Source of the DNA: Geopsychrobacteraceae bacterium
Lineage (GTDB): Bacteria; Desulfobacterota; Desulfuromonadia; Desulfuromonadales; Geopsychrobacteraceae
NCBI GenBank assembly: GCA_963662315.1
Contig: OY759353.1
Coordinates: 1,984,001 to 2,048,000 of the forward strand
Length of the DNA stretch: 64,000 nt
Direction of reading: 5' to 3'
Shown: piece after piece, positions 1 to 9,713 of the stretch
Layout of the letters: each line of letters begins with the position of its first letter
Position numbering within the stretch: the first letter of the stretch is position 1
The notes under the pieces: generated by a model
What the model was told of the DNA's origin: nothing
The model's database searches: none
What the model saw: only the letters and a program-made list of their open reading frames with translations
Made by a program: the position numbers and the translations under genes

Positions 1-42
1 GATCAGTGTTGTGATCGTTGACAGCAGGGTTGAAGTTCCCAT
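1..42 (-). CDS. 5' end of a gene running off the window (MGTSTLLSTITTLI...); possibly RimP-like but too short to assign
   Basis: ATG at 42 preceded by GGAAAGGA RBS; a TTGACT-N18-TACAAT promoter lies upstream at about 185-214. Confidence 0.4.
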   Translation of the reverse strand, partial: MGTSTLLSTITTLI

Positions 43-256
43 GACATCCTTTCCGGCGTTCAATAAATGGCCCGCTTACCGGCAATAGTTGACGTGCATT
101 TTCTTACAGCAGGCTTAACAGGTTGCCTGAGCCGACCATATCGTTGCTATTCTCACATACGCAAGCACGCGGTCTGCGCTAAAATTGTAGGAGTCCTCAT
201 TCTCGGCAGTCAATCCCTTTCTCATTGTTAGGGATCGCAGTCAAAAACGACTCTTC

Positions 257-835
257 TTATCGGCCAAACAGTTCCTTCTCAACCAATTCGCAAAGCAGAT
301 GTCCGGCAAACTGGGCGATTTCAATTAAACGCGGAGCTGATCCGTTACCCAGATCAAGAGCAGCGTCAAGATTCTCCTGTAGCAGTGGATCCGTCGCGCT
401 ATTGCCGCTCAGCAGAAAAACCGGCTGATTGTTGTCCTTAACGTCCTCAATCAAAGCGCTCAACTCCGGAGCGGCGCTACCATCGGAATAAACCAGCAGT
501 AAATGTTCAGCACTGTTGATAGCGCGGTAATGGCGCAGCAACAGCTGATCAGACTGTCCGCCACTTAGCATCTGAGTCGCCAATAGAGGATCACTCCCCA
601 GGCACAGTGCGGGAAGCGCCGGCCGGTCAAAATCCAGTTTATAGGTAAACTGTGCTGCCAGCATCTGGGCGACAGAAACCATAGGACCGTGTCCGGCAAC
701 TAACAACTGTCCACCTTCGGCAAAAAGAGCAGCCAGGCGACTTGCGAGAGCACCGAGAGCAACTCCCTGCTCCTGACAGAACTGCGTATGTAAGTTATTG
801 ACCTGACGACAGACAGCATCGATATATTGATTCAT
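257..835 (-). CDS. SIS-domain protein (GmhA/DiaA-like, degenerate)
   Basis: GGQLLVAGHG, FDRPALPALCL and C-terminal HLLCELVE resemble GmhA/DiaA, but the GNGGS and STSG motifs are altered; ATG 835 follows GGAG. Confidence 0.75.
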   Translation of the reverse strand: MNQYIDAVCRQVNNLHTQFCQEQGVALGALASRLAALFAEGGQLLVAGHGPMVSVAQMLAAQFTYKLDFDRPALPALCLGSDPLLATQMLSGGQSDQLLLRHYRAINSAEHLLLVYSDGSAAPELSALIEDVKDNNQPVFLLSGNSATDPLLQENLDAALDLGNGSAPRLIEIAQFAGHLLCELVEKELFGR

Positions 836-1033
836 TAAAGTTCCTCCGGGATATAGCGTCCGGGCATAGCGTGTCAAGTTGTGGCAGGAGCATAATATGG
901 ACCTGTCTTTTACCTGTCAAGTTCCAGCAAATTTCTTATTGCACCTTGATTTTTCTATACCTTCCAATATATTGTGATAACGATATTCTATGACACTTAT
1001 TTACGGCCACAACTAATGATAAAGGAGAAATCG

Positions 1034-1363
1034 ATGGCTAGCGACAAAATTCTTGAAATCAGCGATGCTCAGTTTGAAGCAGACGTTCTTAAATCTGAGA
1101 CCCCAATCCTGGTTGATTTCTGGGCAACCTGGTGTGCACCTTGTAAAGCAATTGCTCCGGTTCTCGATCAACTGGCAGAAGAATATGATGGCAAGATCAA
1201 AATTGGTAAAGTCAACGTTGATGAGAACCCGGGAACCCCTGGCCAGTATGGCGTGCGTGGGATTCCGACCATGATTCTTTTTAAAAACGGTGAAATCGTT
1301 GATCAACTCGTCGGTGCTGTGCCGAAAAATCAAATCGCAAGTCTCCTGGACAAGGCGCTCTAA
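1034..1363 (+). CDS. trxA: thioredoxin
   Basis: LVDFWATWCAPCK and GIPT motifs; AAGGAG RBS. Confidence 0.95.
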   Translation: MASDKILEISDAQFEADVLKSETPILVDFWATWCAPCKAIAPVLDQLAEEYDGKIKIGKVNVDENPGTPGQYGVRGIPTMILFKNGEIVDQLVGAVPKNQIASLLDKAL

Positions 1364-1416
1364 GCACCTGGTTCCTGTCTGGAAACCTGCTTAAGTGTTG
1401 ACCATAGAAACGGTAC

Positions 1417-1453
1417 AAAAAACGGGTCTCGCTATTTCCGAGACCCGTTTTTT
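1417..1453. terminator. bidirectional intrinsic terminator
   Basis: AAAAAACGGGTCTCG-loop-CGAGACCCGTTTTTT between convergent genes. Confidence 0.85.
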
Positions 1454-1496
1454 ACTTGAATTCCCTCATGAAGAATCCTGCTTTAGCTAAGCAGTG

Positions 1497-2021
1497 CTAT
1501 TTGCAGCTAAGCGCTTCCAGCTCACGAACAACCTGCTCCCTGCAGTCAGCCGAGTAACGTCCACGGTTCAATTCAGCAAGAATATCCTCTTTCTCTTTAA
1601 GCAGGGTCAGCTGTTTTTGCTGCGCTTCTTCGTAAACACCTTTAGAACGTGTTGTCATATCTTTGCGGGCCGTCCATTTTTGCGTTTCTGCCTCACGATA
1701 CTGAGCAACCACCTCCCTGGTTCGCTTAAGCAGCGCCTGCTCACGTTGCTGCCGTTGCGCAAGCTCCTGTGTTGCCTGCATGACCGTGCGGTCAAAATCC
1801 CGGCTGCTCCCAGCCCGGTCTGCTCCCCCAGGTACGTAATTCAAGTTACCGGCCGGTCCTTCAGGAAGTTGCTTTACCTGGGCGCGACAAGACTCGGGCA
1901 AAGCCTGCAGATTATCACCAGCATACAACCTGCCAGTGGCGTCCCGGCAGGTAAAAACCTGTGCAAACACCGGCCCAGCCATAAAACTGAGCAACACTCC
2001 CACGATAAGCCATCTGAACAT
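1497..2021 (-). CDS. exported DUF4124-like protein
   Basis: Signal peptide (PVFA-Q) followed by a short D..G.lya.Dnl..lP segment and a coiled coil. Confidence 0.6.
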   Translation of the reverse strand: MFRWLIVGVLLSFMAGPVFAQVFTCRDATGRLYAGDNLQALPESCRAQVKQLPEGPAGNLNYVPGGADRAGSSRDFDRTVMQATQELAQRQQREQALLKRTREVVAQYREAETQKWTARKDMTTRSKGVYEEAQQKQLTLLKEKEDILAELNRGRYSADCREQVVRELEALSCK

Positions 2022-2211
2022 GTTTTACTCCCGCCAGAAGAGTTGTCATCCGGAAACCCCGGTGAACAACGCGTAAGTTTTCAGACTGGAAATGAACCAT
2101 TTCTCTGAGGCCCAAAAATCAAGTACTTGTGCTGAAGGCGTAGTATTTTACGCTGCACAACCACGCAGATTGACACCGCCACAGCGGAAAAGAACCGTTT
2201 CTGGATAACAA

Positions 2212-2661
2212 CTAGAACAACCGATTACTGTCAAGCATAATGGTGACCGGACCATCGTTAATCAGGTCAACGGCCATATCAGTACGAAAGCGGCCGGTCT
2301 GCACCTTGACCCCCTTATCCTGCAACAGTGCAGTAAAATAGTCACACAAGGGTTCAGCAATTTCAGGAGCAGCCGCCATAGAAAAGCCGGGCCGTTTCCC
2401 TTTGGTGCAATCGGCCAGCAGAGTAAACTGGGAGACGACAAGCACCTCTGCGCCGCAGTCCCTGACCGAAAGATTCATCTTCCCCAGCTCATCTTCAAAA
2501 ATACGCAATCCGGAAATCTTCTCAGCCAGATAATCAGCAGCTTTTTTCGTATCCCCGTTGGCCACACCTATAAGAACCACCAGTCCGTGCCCAATATCCG
2601 CAACGCGTTCTCCAGCAACACTCACCCCGGCCCGACTTACCCTTTGTACAACAGCTCTCAT
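2212..2661 (-). CDS. dtd: D-aminoacyl-tRNA deacylase
   Basis: [13 protein letters not shown] and NDGPVT motifs. Confidence 0.97.
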   Translation of the reverse strand: MRAVVQRVSRAGVSVAGERVADIGHGLVVLIGVANGDTKKAADYLAEKISGLRIFEDELGKMNLSVRDCGAEVLVVSQFTLLADCTKGKRPGFSMAAAPEIAEPLCDYFTALLQDKGVKVQTGRFRTDMAVDLINDGPVTIMLDSNRLF

Positions 2662-2679
2662 AATATCCGCCTTCTTGCT

Positions 2680-3543
2680 TTATTCAGCCAGTCGCCTTAA
2701 TAAGGCGAGATTTTCAAGGTCGTGACAATGATGCTCTCCCCCTGGTGTTTCAAGAATCTTCGGCACTCCATGCAAACGTTGATCAGTCATCAGCAACTGA
2801 AAGCCCGCTTCGCCAATCATTCCCTTGCCGACATGATCATGCCGGTCGACCCTCGAGTTGAGAGCCTTTTTACTGTCGTTAAGATGAAACAACGCCAGTT
2901 TTTCGAGCCCGATCAATTGGTCAAAGCGGGTCATGACATCAGTATAACTCAGCTCAGTGCGCAAATCATAACCAGCCGCGAAAGCATGACAGGTATCAAA
3001 GCAAACCGCTAAGTTGGCTGTCGGAATCTGCTCAAAAACAGTAGAAATTTCCTCAAAGCTCGCACCAAGGGACGTCCCCTGCCCTGCCGTATTTTCAATC
3101 AGCACTCGCACCGTGTCTGGCGCTTCACTGAAAATAGTGCGGAAACTTTCGACGACATTTGCTATTCCCGCAACACGCCCTGCCCCCATATGAGCCCCTG
3201 GGTGCATAACCAGATCGCGAATACCAAGGGTATGGCAGCGCTGCATTTCGTCAATAAATGCCCGAATCGATTTATGCCGCAGTTCAGGGTCCGGACTGGC
3301 CAGATTAATCAGGTAGCTGTCATGGGCAGCGATATAGCGCAGAGAACTATGCTCAACCGCGTGCCGAAAATCTTTAACGTCCTGATCATTCAGGGGTTTT
3401 GCCTGCCAACGGCTGGCATTGCGAGTAAAAACCTGAATAGCGGTGCAGCCGATTTCTTCACCACGGGCAACGGCCTTATGAATACCACCGGCGATAGAAA
3501 CGTGAACCCCCAGCAACAATGGGATGTGCCGGGGCGTCATCAC
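2680..3543 (-). CDS. nfo: endonuclease IV
   Basis: GVHVSIAGG, HDSYLINLAS, ENTAGQG, DTCH, HLNDSK and DRH motifs. Confidence 0.96.
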   Translation of the reverse strand: MMTPRHIPLLLGVHVSIAGGIHKAVARGEEIGCTAIQVFTRNASRWQAKPLNDQDVKDFRHAVEHSSLRYIAAHDSYLINLASPDPELRHKSIRAFIDEMQRCHTLGIRDLVMHPGAHMGAGRVAGIANVVESFRTIFSEAPDTVRVLIENTAGQGTSLGASFEEISTVFEQIPTANLAVCFDTCHAFAAGYDLRTELSYTDVMTRFDQLIGLEKLALFHLNDSKKALNSRVDRHDHVGKGMIGEAGFQLLMTDQRLHGVPKILETPGGEHHCHDLENLALLRRLAE

Positions 3544-4217
3544 CTGCTGTCCTTCAGCCAGCCCGCGATAATTCCGCCAACCTCAGCACTGCCACGGATA
3601 TAGGCATCGACAAAGGGAAATTCTTGCCAGCTGCTCGGCGGTCCCACCAATACCGTCTTCATCCCCAGTTCTTTGGCTGTTTTAAGATTTTGCGGCTGGT
3701 CTTCAACCATCACACATTGGTCACCGTTCAATTTTAATTGCTTCAATACCGCCTGATATGGCCCTGGATGCGGTTTGGGTTGATAATTGTCGATCCGGAT
3801 ATCAAAAACACCCTGAAACAAGCCATTCAGACCAAGGGCGCTGACAACACGATCAACATGACAGCGCGAACCGTTGGTAAACACGTAACGCGGGATACCG
3901 AGACCAGCGATAACCTGCTTTAAATGATCATCAGAACTCAGGCGGCTCCCGACATCAACGGCATGTACATAGTCAAGATATTCCTCCGGATCAACATTAT
4001 GGTGCAGAATCAGCCCCTGCAAGGTTGTGCCATAGTCCTTCCAGTAGCGCCGCCTTAATCCATCGACATCCGGCGCAGCAATATCAACCACCTCTTCCAT
4101 GTAGCGGTTGATTCTGACATCAATCAGGGAAAACAGATCCCGTTCGGCAGGATAAAGGGTGTTATCCAGGTCAAACAGAACGGCTTTCAACTCTCTAGCT
4201 GAAGATAAAGTCACCAC
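3540..4217 (-). CDS. pyrimidine 5'-nucleotidase (HAD family)
   Basis: FDLDNTLY, YGTTLQGL, TNG, KP and ED motifs. Confidence 0.85.
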   Translation of the reverse strand: MVTLSSARELKAVLFDLDNTLYPAERDLFSLIDVRINRYMEEVVDIAAPDVDGLRRRYWKDYGTTLQGLILHHNVDPEEYLDYVHAVDVGSRLSSDDHLKQVIAGLGIPRYVFTNGSRCHVDRVVSALGLNGLFQGVFDIRIDNYQPKPHPGPYQAVLKQLKLNGDQCVMVEDQPQNLKTAKELGMKTVLVGPPSSWQEFPFVDAYIRGSAEVGGIIAGWLKDSR

Positions 4218-5034
4218 TAAACACCTCTACCGCAGGACCGGTCATCATCACCGGACCGCTATTGTGCCATTCCAATTCCAGGTCGCCACCGCGCAGGTGA
4301 TTGATAATTCGGGCCTGGCTCTTACCGGTCAGAACTCCGGCAACAGTCACGGCCGAAGCGCCGGTACCGCATGCCAGGGTCTCACCGGCACCACGTTCCC
4401 AGGTCCGTTGCACAACCTCTGTCGGGCTGATAATCTGCACGAATTCTACGTTTGTCCGGCGGGGGAACAAAGGATGATTCTCAAGCAGCGGCCCATATTC
4501 TGCGACCGGAAAATTCTCAACATCATCGACGTAAACAACGACATGAGGATTCCCCATTGACACGCAGGTTATCAGAAATTCCCGATCACCCACCATCAAC
4601 GGTTGAGCGACTACTTGAGCATCGGGATCTCCGTTCATCGGCAGATCCTGACGCCGCAAACCGGGAGCCCCCATATTGACGGTTACCTTGTCAATCAGAC
4701 CATCACGGCCTGTAAACATGGTTAAGGGAAGTACCCCATTACCGGTTTCGACAGCTATTTCAAGTTTCTTGACAAGCCCATGATCGAAAGCATATTTGGC
4801 AACACAGCGGATTCCGTTTCCACACATTTCAGCTTCACTGCCATCGGCGTTAAACATGCGCATCCGAACATCGGCGACAGCGGAAGGCATAATCAGAATC
4901 AGTCCATCGGAGCCGATGCCGAAATGGCGATCACTCACCTGGCGGGCCAACTCGGCCGGATCGGCTACGGTCTGGGAAAAACAATCTATATAAACATAAT
5001 CGTTACCAGCGCCATGCATTTTGGTAAATTTCAT
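4195..5034 (-). CDS. dapF: diaminopimelate epimerase
   Basis: MKFTKMHGAGND, EMCGNG, GNPH, ERGAGETLACGTG. Confidence 0.97.
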   Translation of the reverse strand: MKFTKMHGAGNDYVYIDCFSQTVADPAELARQVSDRHFGIGSDGLILIMPSAVADVRMRMFNADGSEAEMCGNGIRCVAKYAFDHGLVKKLEIAVETGNGVLPLTMFTGRDGLIDKVTVNMGAPGLRRQDLPMNGDPDAQVVAQPLMVGDREFLITCVSMGNPHVVVYVDDVENFPVAEYGPLLENHPLFPRRTNVEFVQIISPTEVVQRTWERGAGETLACGTGASAVTVAGVLTGKSQARIINHLRGGDLELEWHNSGPVMMTGPAVEVFSGDFIFS

Positions 5035-5136
5035 AAAACTATCCTTTGGTGGATGGTTGTTGTGATACAAGACTCTCTGTTAATATAATTTGACTGTCGA
5101 CTACACTCAACCTATAACGCTTCGCAAGGAGAACCC

Positions 5137-5355
5137 ATGGCGTTTTTTCTTAAAACAAAAATTTGGCAAACTGGTGCGCTTGACTGGTGGGGCATGATTG
5201 GCAACGAAGATATTTTTCTCGGCAATCGTGAATTTCCTCAGCCCCCGGAAGAAGGCGATGAATGGCTGGTACGTTCCACCGGCCAGCGCTTTAAAATTAT
5301 CGACCATGAGATCTGCCTGATTGCCAGCGAGGAGCCTCAGCAGCCATGGTATTAG
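5137..5355 (+). CDS. small hypothetical protein, translationally coupled to the MBL hydrolase
   Basis: AAGGAG RBS, globular aromatic-rich composition, overlaps the start of the next gene. Confidence 0.65.
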   Translation: MAFFLKTKIWQTGALDWWGMIGNEDIFLGNREFPQPPEEGDEWLVRSTGQRFKIIDHEICLIASEEPQQPWY

Positions 5356-5960
5356 AAATCGTCCAGATTCCGGCCAGTGATATGGAAAATTTTTCTTATC
5401 TGCTTTACTGTCCGGCAACCAAAGAAGCAGCAGCTATTGATCCATCCATGTACCCGGAACGTTTGCTGGCGAAAGCACAGGATCTTGGCGTCAGGGTTTC
5501 CCTACTGCTGAATACCCATGGTCACCGCGACCATGTCGCCGGAAATGATACCGTCATCAAAGCAACCGGAGCCAAACTGGCAGCCCACCCGCTGGAAGTC
5601 AGCCAGCCCGACATTGGCCTTGAGGAAGGATCGACGTTAACCATCGGCAATGGACAGGTTGACGTTCTGCTCACGCCTGGCCATACGCCAGGATCACTGG
5701 TATTTAAAACCCAAAGGCAATTGGTTACCGGAGATACCCTATTTGTTTCCCGCTGTGGCCGTGCTGACCTGCCGGGTAGTAACGTAACCGACCTTTATCA
5801 CAGTCTGCAGCGCCTCAAAGCTCTTCCAGAACATTATGCAGTCTATCCTGGCCATGATTACGGTCCTCAACCGGTCTCAACCATAGCTTGGGAGCTGCAG
5901 CACAATGACTACCTGAAATGCCCGGATCTGGAAAGCTTTATCAGACTGCGAATGGGATAG
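5346..5960 (+). CDS. MBL-fold metallo-hydrolase (glyoxalase II-like)
   Basis: THGHRDH, TPGHT, GDTLF and PGHDY motifs. Confidence 0.9.
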   Translation: MVLEIVQIPASDMENFSYLLYCPATKEAAAIDPSMYPERLLAKAQDLGVRVSLLLNTHGHRDHVAGNDTVIKATGAKLAAHPLEVSQPDIGLEEGSTLTIGNGQVDVLLTPGHTPGSLVFKTQRQLVTGDTLFVSRCGRADLPGSNVTDLYHSLQRLKALPEHYAVYPGHDYGPQPVSTIAWELQHNDYLKCPDLESFIRLRMG

Positions 5961-5974
5961 TCTGCCGCAGGGCG

Positions 5975-6019
5975 AAAAAAAGTCTACCCGGAGGTGGGAA
6001 CCGTACGCCCCGGGTAAAC
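5975..6019 (-). terminator. intrinsic terminator (minus strand), possibly the 3' end of an sRNA
   Basis: 12-bp stem GTTTACCCGGGG/CTCCGGGTAGAC followed by T7. Confidence 0.7.
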
Positions 6020-6186
6020 GTGTCGAGGGAACATGGCCTTTGACAAACAATCAGGCTGGAAACAAGCAATTTTTGTCAAGACCAAGAAAAGCGAACGTCC
6101 GCGCGAAGACGTGGGACTTTCCACTGCACAAGCGAACGTGCAAATTGTCGCAGAGATTGTGAAAAACCGTTATTTCCGGATGAAGA

Positions 6187-7764
6187 CTACTTGGCAGAGC
6201 GAACCCGGGTTCCGGCTAGAAGATCACTCCAACCCCGTTTTTCAGCATTAAGCAGAATAGCCAGGATCCCTAAACCGGCAGGAACCAGCTGCAGCAAGCC
6301 ACCAACACTTCTGAGAAACGCCTGACCGAAAGAAAGTGCTTCGTGGTCCAGCGTTTCAACCCTGAGTCCCAGCAACATTTTCCCCGGAGTCTGGCCGGCC
6401 AAAAAGTGAAACAGTGTGAAGTAACCAAAGCACAAAAAAAACAAAACCAGGAAATAGGGTACAGAAAAATCGAGCAGGGCCTCAACAGTAGGCAACCATG
6501 AATCGGCAGCGCCCCCCATGGCGTACTCTGCCGCGCCAACAAAGCAGCCCCCGACAACCACCAGAATCACAAGATCGACAAGGCTGGCAGCGAGCCGCTT
6601 CATACAGGGTGGCGCCTCAGCGTCTGGAAGATCGGCATCAGAAACATTCAAGAATACTGTTGTGTCGTCAACATCTTCAGACAATTCGCCAGCGGTGACC
6701 TCATCAAAAGAAAAATCGCGATAGTATTCCTGATATAGAGATTCTTCATCAACAGCAAATACTGCTTCTGCTTCTGCTTCTGCTTCTGCTTCTGCTTCTG
6801 CTTCTGCTTCTGCTTCTGCTTCTGCTTCTGCTTCTGCTTCTGCTTCTGCTTCTGCTTCTGCTTCTGCTTCTGCTTCTGCTTCTGCTTCTGCTTCTGCTTC
6901 TGCTTCTGCTTCTGCTTCTGCTTCTGCTTCTGCTTCTGCTTCTGCTTCTGCTTCTGCTTCTGCTTCTGCTTCTGCTTCTGCTTCTGCTTCTGCTTCTGCT
7001 TCTGCTTCTGCTTCTGCTTCTGCTTGATCAAGAACGAGCTCACCGGCGTTGTCAAACAAATCTTCACCGACCGGATCTTTTTCCACAAGAGCTTCTGATG
7101 TCAGGCTGAAATCAGCAACCGGACTGTGGCCAGGGAGAATATTTGGCAATGCATCCGGAGCCCCCTCGGCAAGAGAAGACTCCGGTACATCAAAAGGGCT
7201 TTTGGGGTCCCCCCCGGAACCCGGATCAGGCTCGTCAGTATCATCAAAAGAAACCATATCAGAGTCTTCATCGATACCGAAATCATCAATTAGTTCATCT
7301 TCGTCAGGCAGATCAAAAGCAAACTCATCAGCTTCCTGCGCCTTGGGCTCCTGAGCTTTTGACTTGGGCGCCTCGATCGACTCCTCTGCATCTTCCTCTT
7401 CCTGAGCTTCTTCGAATAGCTCATCAAAGGAAAGGTCATCTTCTTCACTGCTGTCGCCCATGAAGTCGAAACCGAAATCATCCGCCTCAGAGGTTTCCGT
7501 AGCCTCGGCTCCATCCTCTACAACCGGGGATTCCACAGGAGCTGCTACCGCAGCTACAGTGTCACTGGTTGCTGCCGCGACAGCAGCATCAGCATTGTCC
7601 GCATCGGTATCTTCATGCAGCGCTACAGCCCCAGCAGCCAGCTGACCGGGGAACAATACGCTCTGTATCCCATAGCGCAGCTTAAACTCGGACAGATCCT
7701 TACCGCACTTTTTGCAGCTATCAAGATAGTCGAAACTATTGTAGCCGCATTTTGGACATCTCAT
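6187..7764 (-). CDS. zinc-ribbon + acidic low-complexity linker + RDD-family membrane protein
   Basis: N-terminal CPKCG...CKKCG; D/E-rich linker; C-terminal RLAASLVD...GQTPGKMLLGLRV...RGWSDLLAGTRV. Confidence 0.85.
   Translation of the reverse strand: MRCPKCGYNSFDYLDSCKKCGKDLSEFKLRYGIQSVLFPGQLAAGAVALHEDTDADNADAAVAAATSDTVAAVAAPVESPVVEDGAEATETSEADDFGFDFMGDSSEEDDLSFDELFEEAQEEEDAEESIEAPKSKAQEPKAQEADEFAFDLPDEDELIDDFGIDEDSDMVSFDDTDEPDPGSGGDPKSPFDVPESSLAEGAPDALPNILPGHSPVADFSLTSEALVEKDPVGEDLFDNAGELVLDQAEAEAEAEAEAEAEAEAEAEAEAEAEAEAEAEAEAEAEAEAEAEAEAEAEAEAEAEAEAEAEAEAEAEAEAEAEAEAEAEAEAEAEAVFAVDEESLYQEYYRDFSFDEVTAGELSEDVDDTTVFLNVSDADLPDAEAPPCMKRLAASLVDLVILVVVGGCFVGAAEYAMGGAADSWLPTVEALLDFSVPYFLVLFFLCFGYFTLFHFLAGQTPGKMLLGLRVETLDHEALSFGQAFLRSVGGLLQLVPAGLGILAILLNAEKRGWSDLLAGTRVRSAK
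6763..7025. repeat. perfect hexanucleotide tandem repeat (TGCTTC)43 encoding poly(Ala-Glu)
   Basis: Uninterrupted TGCTTC units from 6763 to 7020 plus a partial unit. Confidence 0.98.
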
Positions 7765-7806
7765 GCCTCATCCTTTCTTTCCTGAAAGTACAGTCAGTTA
7801 AGTATA

Positions 7807-8532
7807 TTAGCCTGTCGCCAGATCGCCATATAGGTATTGTAACACTGACATGATCGCAAGTCCGGCGGTCTCGGTCCGCAAGATCCGGGGTCCCAAGCTG
7901 ACCCCGACAAACCCCGACTTTTGCAGTGTCGCCATTTCATCTTTACAAATTCCCCCCTCAGGACCGACAACGACAGCAACACTGTGTGGTGCAGAGGCAG
8001 GAAGAACTGACATCAGTGGAGTTTGGCTCTCTTCCCACAGAACCAACTTCACTTCGGAGTGGACCTGACCGGCGATCTGCTCGATACTTTGATCGACCTG
8101 TAAGGTTGGCAGGTGATACTGACGACATTGGCGTGCAGACTCCTGCAAAATTTTGGTCCAGCGCTGCAGCTTTTTTAGCTTTCTTTCATCTTTAAGCTGT
8201 CCGACACTTCGGTCCATGGCCACCAGATAAAAGTGATTGACTCCCAACTCCGTACCTTTTTGCAAAACCAGTTCAAGCTTCTCCCCCTTCGGCAGTCCCT
8301 GGATCAACGTCAACTCACAACGCGGCGCGGGAGCCTTTTCAGCGGTAAGAACAGTCACGCCGCCAGTAGCGGTCAGCTCCACCCTGGCAACCATACCATT
8401 GTCATTGAAAAGCTCAATGACATCACCCGCGACAAGCCTGAGTACCGTTTGAAGGTGGCGACGCAGATCATCAGGTAGTGCAATAACGCTGCCGGACTCA
8501 AATACGGACTGTTCTATGTAAAAGCTACGCAT
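7807..8532 (-). CDS. rsmE: 16S rRNA m3U1498 methyltransferase
   Basis: QKGTELGV, VGPEGG, LGPRILRTETA. Confidence 0.95.
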   Translation of the reverse strand: MRSFYIEQSVFESGSVIALPDDLRRHLQTVLRLVAGDVIELFNDNGMVARVELTATGGVTVLTAEKAPAPRCELTLIQGLPKGEKLELVLQKGTELGVNHFYLVAMDRSVGQLKDERKLKKLQRWTKILQESARQCRQYHLPTLQVDQSIEQIAGQVHSEVKLVLWEESQTPLMSVLPASAPHSVAVVVGPEGGICKDEMATLQKSGFVGVSLGPRILRTETAGLAIMSVLQYLYGDLATG

Positions 8533-9451
8533 TGCTGCTTCGACGATAAACCAGGCAGATCCACTCTTCCTGATAACGGCAGTCGTCAAATATCAGTGAC
8601 GTGGCGGCGAAGCCATCACGCACAAACTGTTCTTTTTCGCGCAGTATTCCCGACAAAACCAGGGTTCCCCCGGGATTCAGGTGGTCAATAAAATGCTGTG
8701 CCAGACGGACATTCTCTTCAGCCAGAATGTTGGCAACAACCAGATCAAAGGTACCAGACAGCGCTTCCAGCGGTGCGTCAGTCACCTCTATCCTGTCCTG
8801 CAATCCATTATGGTTGATATTCTTGACAGCCACGTCACAGGCAACAGGATCGATATCATTAGCCAGAATCCTCGGGCAGCCCAAAGCCGCTGCTCCCAGA
8901 GCAAGCAGGCCGGATCCGGTCCCCACATCCAGCATGGACTCCGGCATATCACCTGTAGCCATGAGGTCAGCAATGACCTCCAGACACAGCTTGGTCGTTG
9001 CATGTGTCCCGGTCCCAAAAGCCATGCCCGGATCAATTTCAATCATGACATCATCTGCGCCGGTTTCAATATTCTCCCAACTTGGGCGAATGACCAGATG
9101 TTGACCAACCCGGAATGCTGAAAAGTTCTGCTTCCACTGTTCAGACCAATCCTCAATCTGTACTGCTTCGCCAAGCCGCAACTGCACAGCATTATCTTTA
9201 GCCACGGGCATCGCCAGGATAGCAGCACTGAACTCATCAAATAATTGAGCAGGCCTGTCAACATCCTCGAAATAGATTTTAAGGCAATAGGTTTTGCCGG
9301 GATCCAGTTCATCGTCAGGAACAACAAACGTATCCAACAGCCGTTCTTCAACCACCAGGCCACAACAATTATAATCCGCAGCGACCGCACCAATCAGGTC
9401 CGTTAACGCTCCAGGGGCTTCTATCTCTATAACTATCCACTCATTTTTCAT
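8525..9451 (-). CDS. prmA: ribosomal protein L11 methyltransferase
   Basis: IDPGMAFGTGTHATT, LDVGTGSG, VANILA, SGIL. Confidence 0.96.
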   Translation of the reverse strand: MKNEWIVIEIEAPGALTDLIGAVAADYNCCGLVVEERLLDTFVVPDDELDPGKTYCLKIYFEDVDRPAQLFDEFSAAILAMPVAKDNAVQLRLGEAVQIEDWSEQWKQNFSAFRVGQHLVIRPSWENIETGADDVMIEIDPGMAFGTGTHATTKLCLEVIADLMATGDMPESMLDVGTGSGLLALGAAALGCPRILANDIDPVACDVAVKNINHNGLQDRIEVTDAPLEALSGTFDLVVANILAEENVRLAQHFIDHLNPGGTLVLSGILREKEQFVRDGFAATSLIFDDCRYQEEWICLVYRRSSNA

Positions 9452-9713
9452 CCCTATTAATTAACAGAACCTATCTATTAAAACAACAGGAAACACATCT
9501 GCCCTGGATCAAAAAATAAAATTAAATAATTAAAGGGCTATCATAATGAGCTTGCCTCATCCTGGCCCCTCTGGTAAAGTTCACACAGTCTCATGAGGTT
9601 TGCCTAAAGGAGGTAGCGGTGTCATCGGCTCTGTTCAGACGCTTCAAAACCAGCTATCTCTTGTTTTAAAGTTATTTAAAGGCAAGCATACGAATTTTAA
9701 AGGAGCCTTTTCC

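Noticed and set aside
153..200. Short ORF MRTPTILAQTACLRM as an attenuator peptide or Sec read-through
   Set aside because: It overlaps the predicted promoter, has no amino-acid enrichment, and a TAG follows two codons after the TGA
6033..6251. 72 aa plus-strand ORF
   Set aside because: Overlaps the RDD gene end and the structured minus-strand region; no recognisable family, though an RBS-like sequence exists
6763..7025. Possible CRISPR or repeat array
   Set aside because: Simple microsatellite with no spacers; no cas genes in the window
6648..7088. ORF with poly(Gln-Lys)
   Set aside because: Alternative frame of the hexamer repeat inside the RDD gene
7209..7215. G7 tract as a phase-variation site
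   Set aside because: Short tract, ORF intact, no supporting evidence
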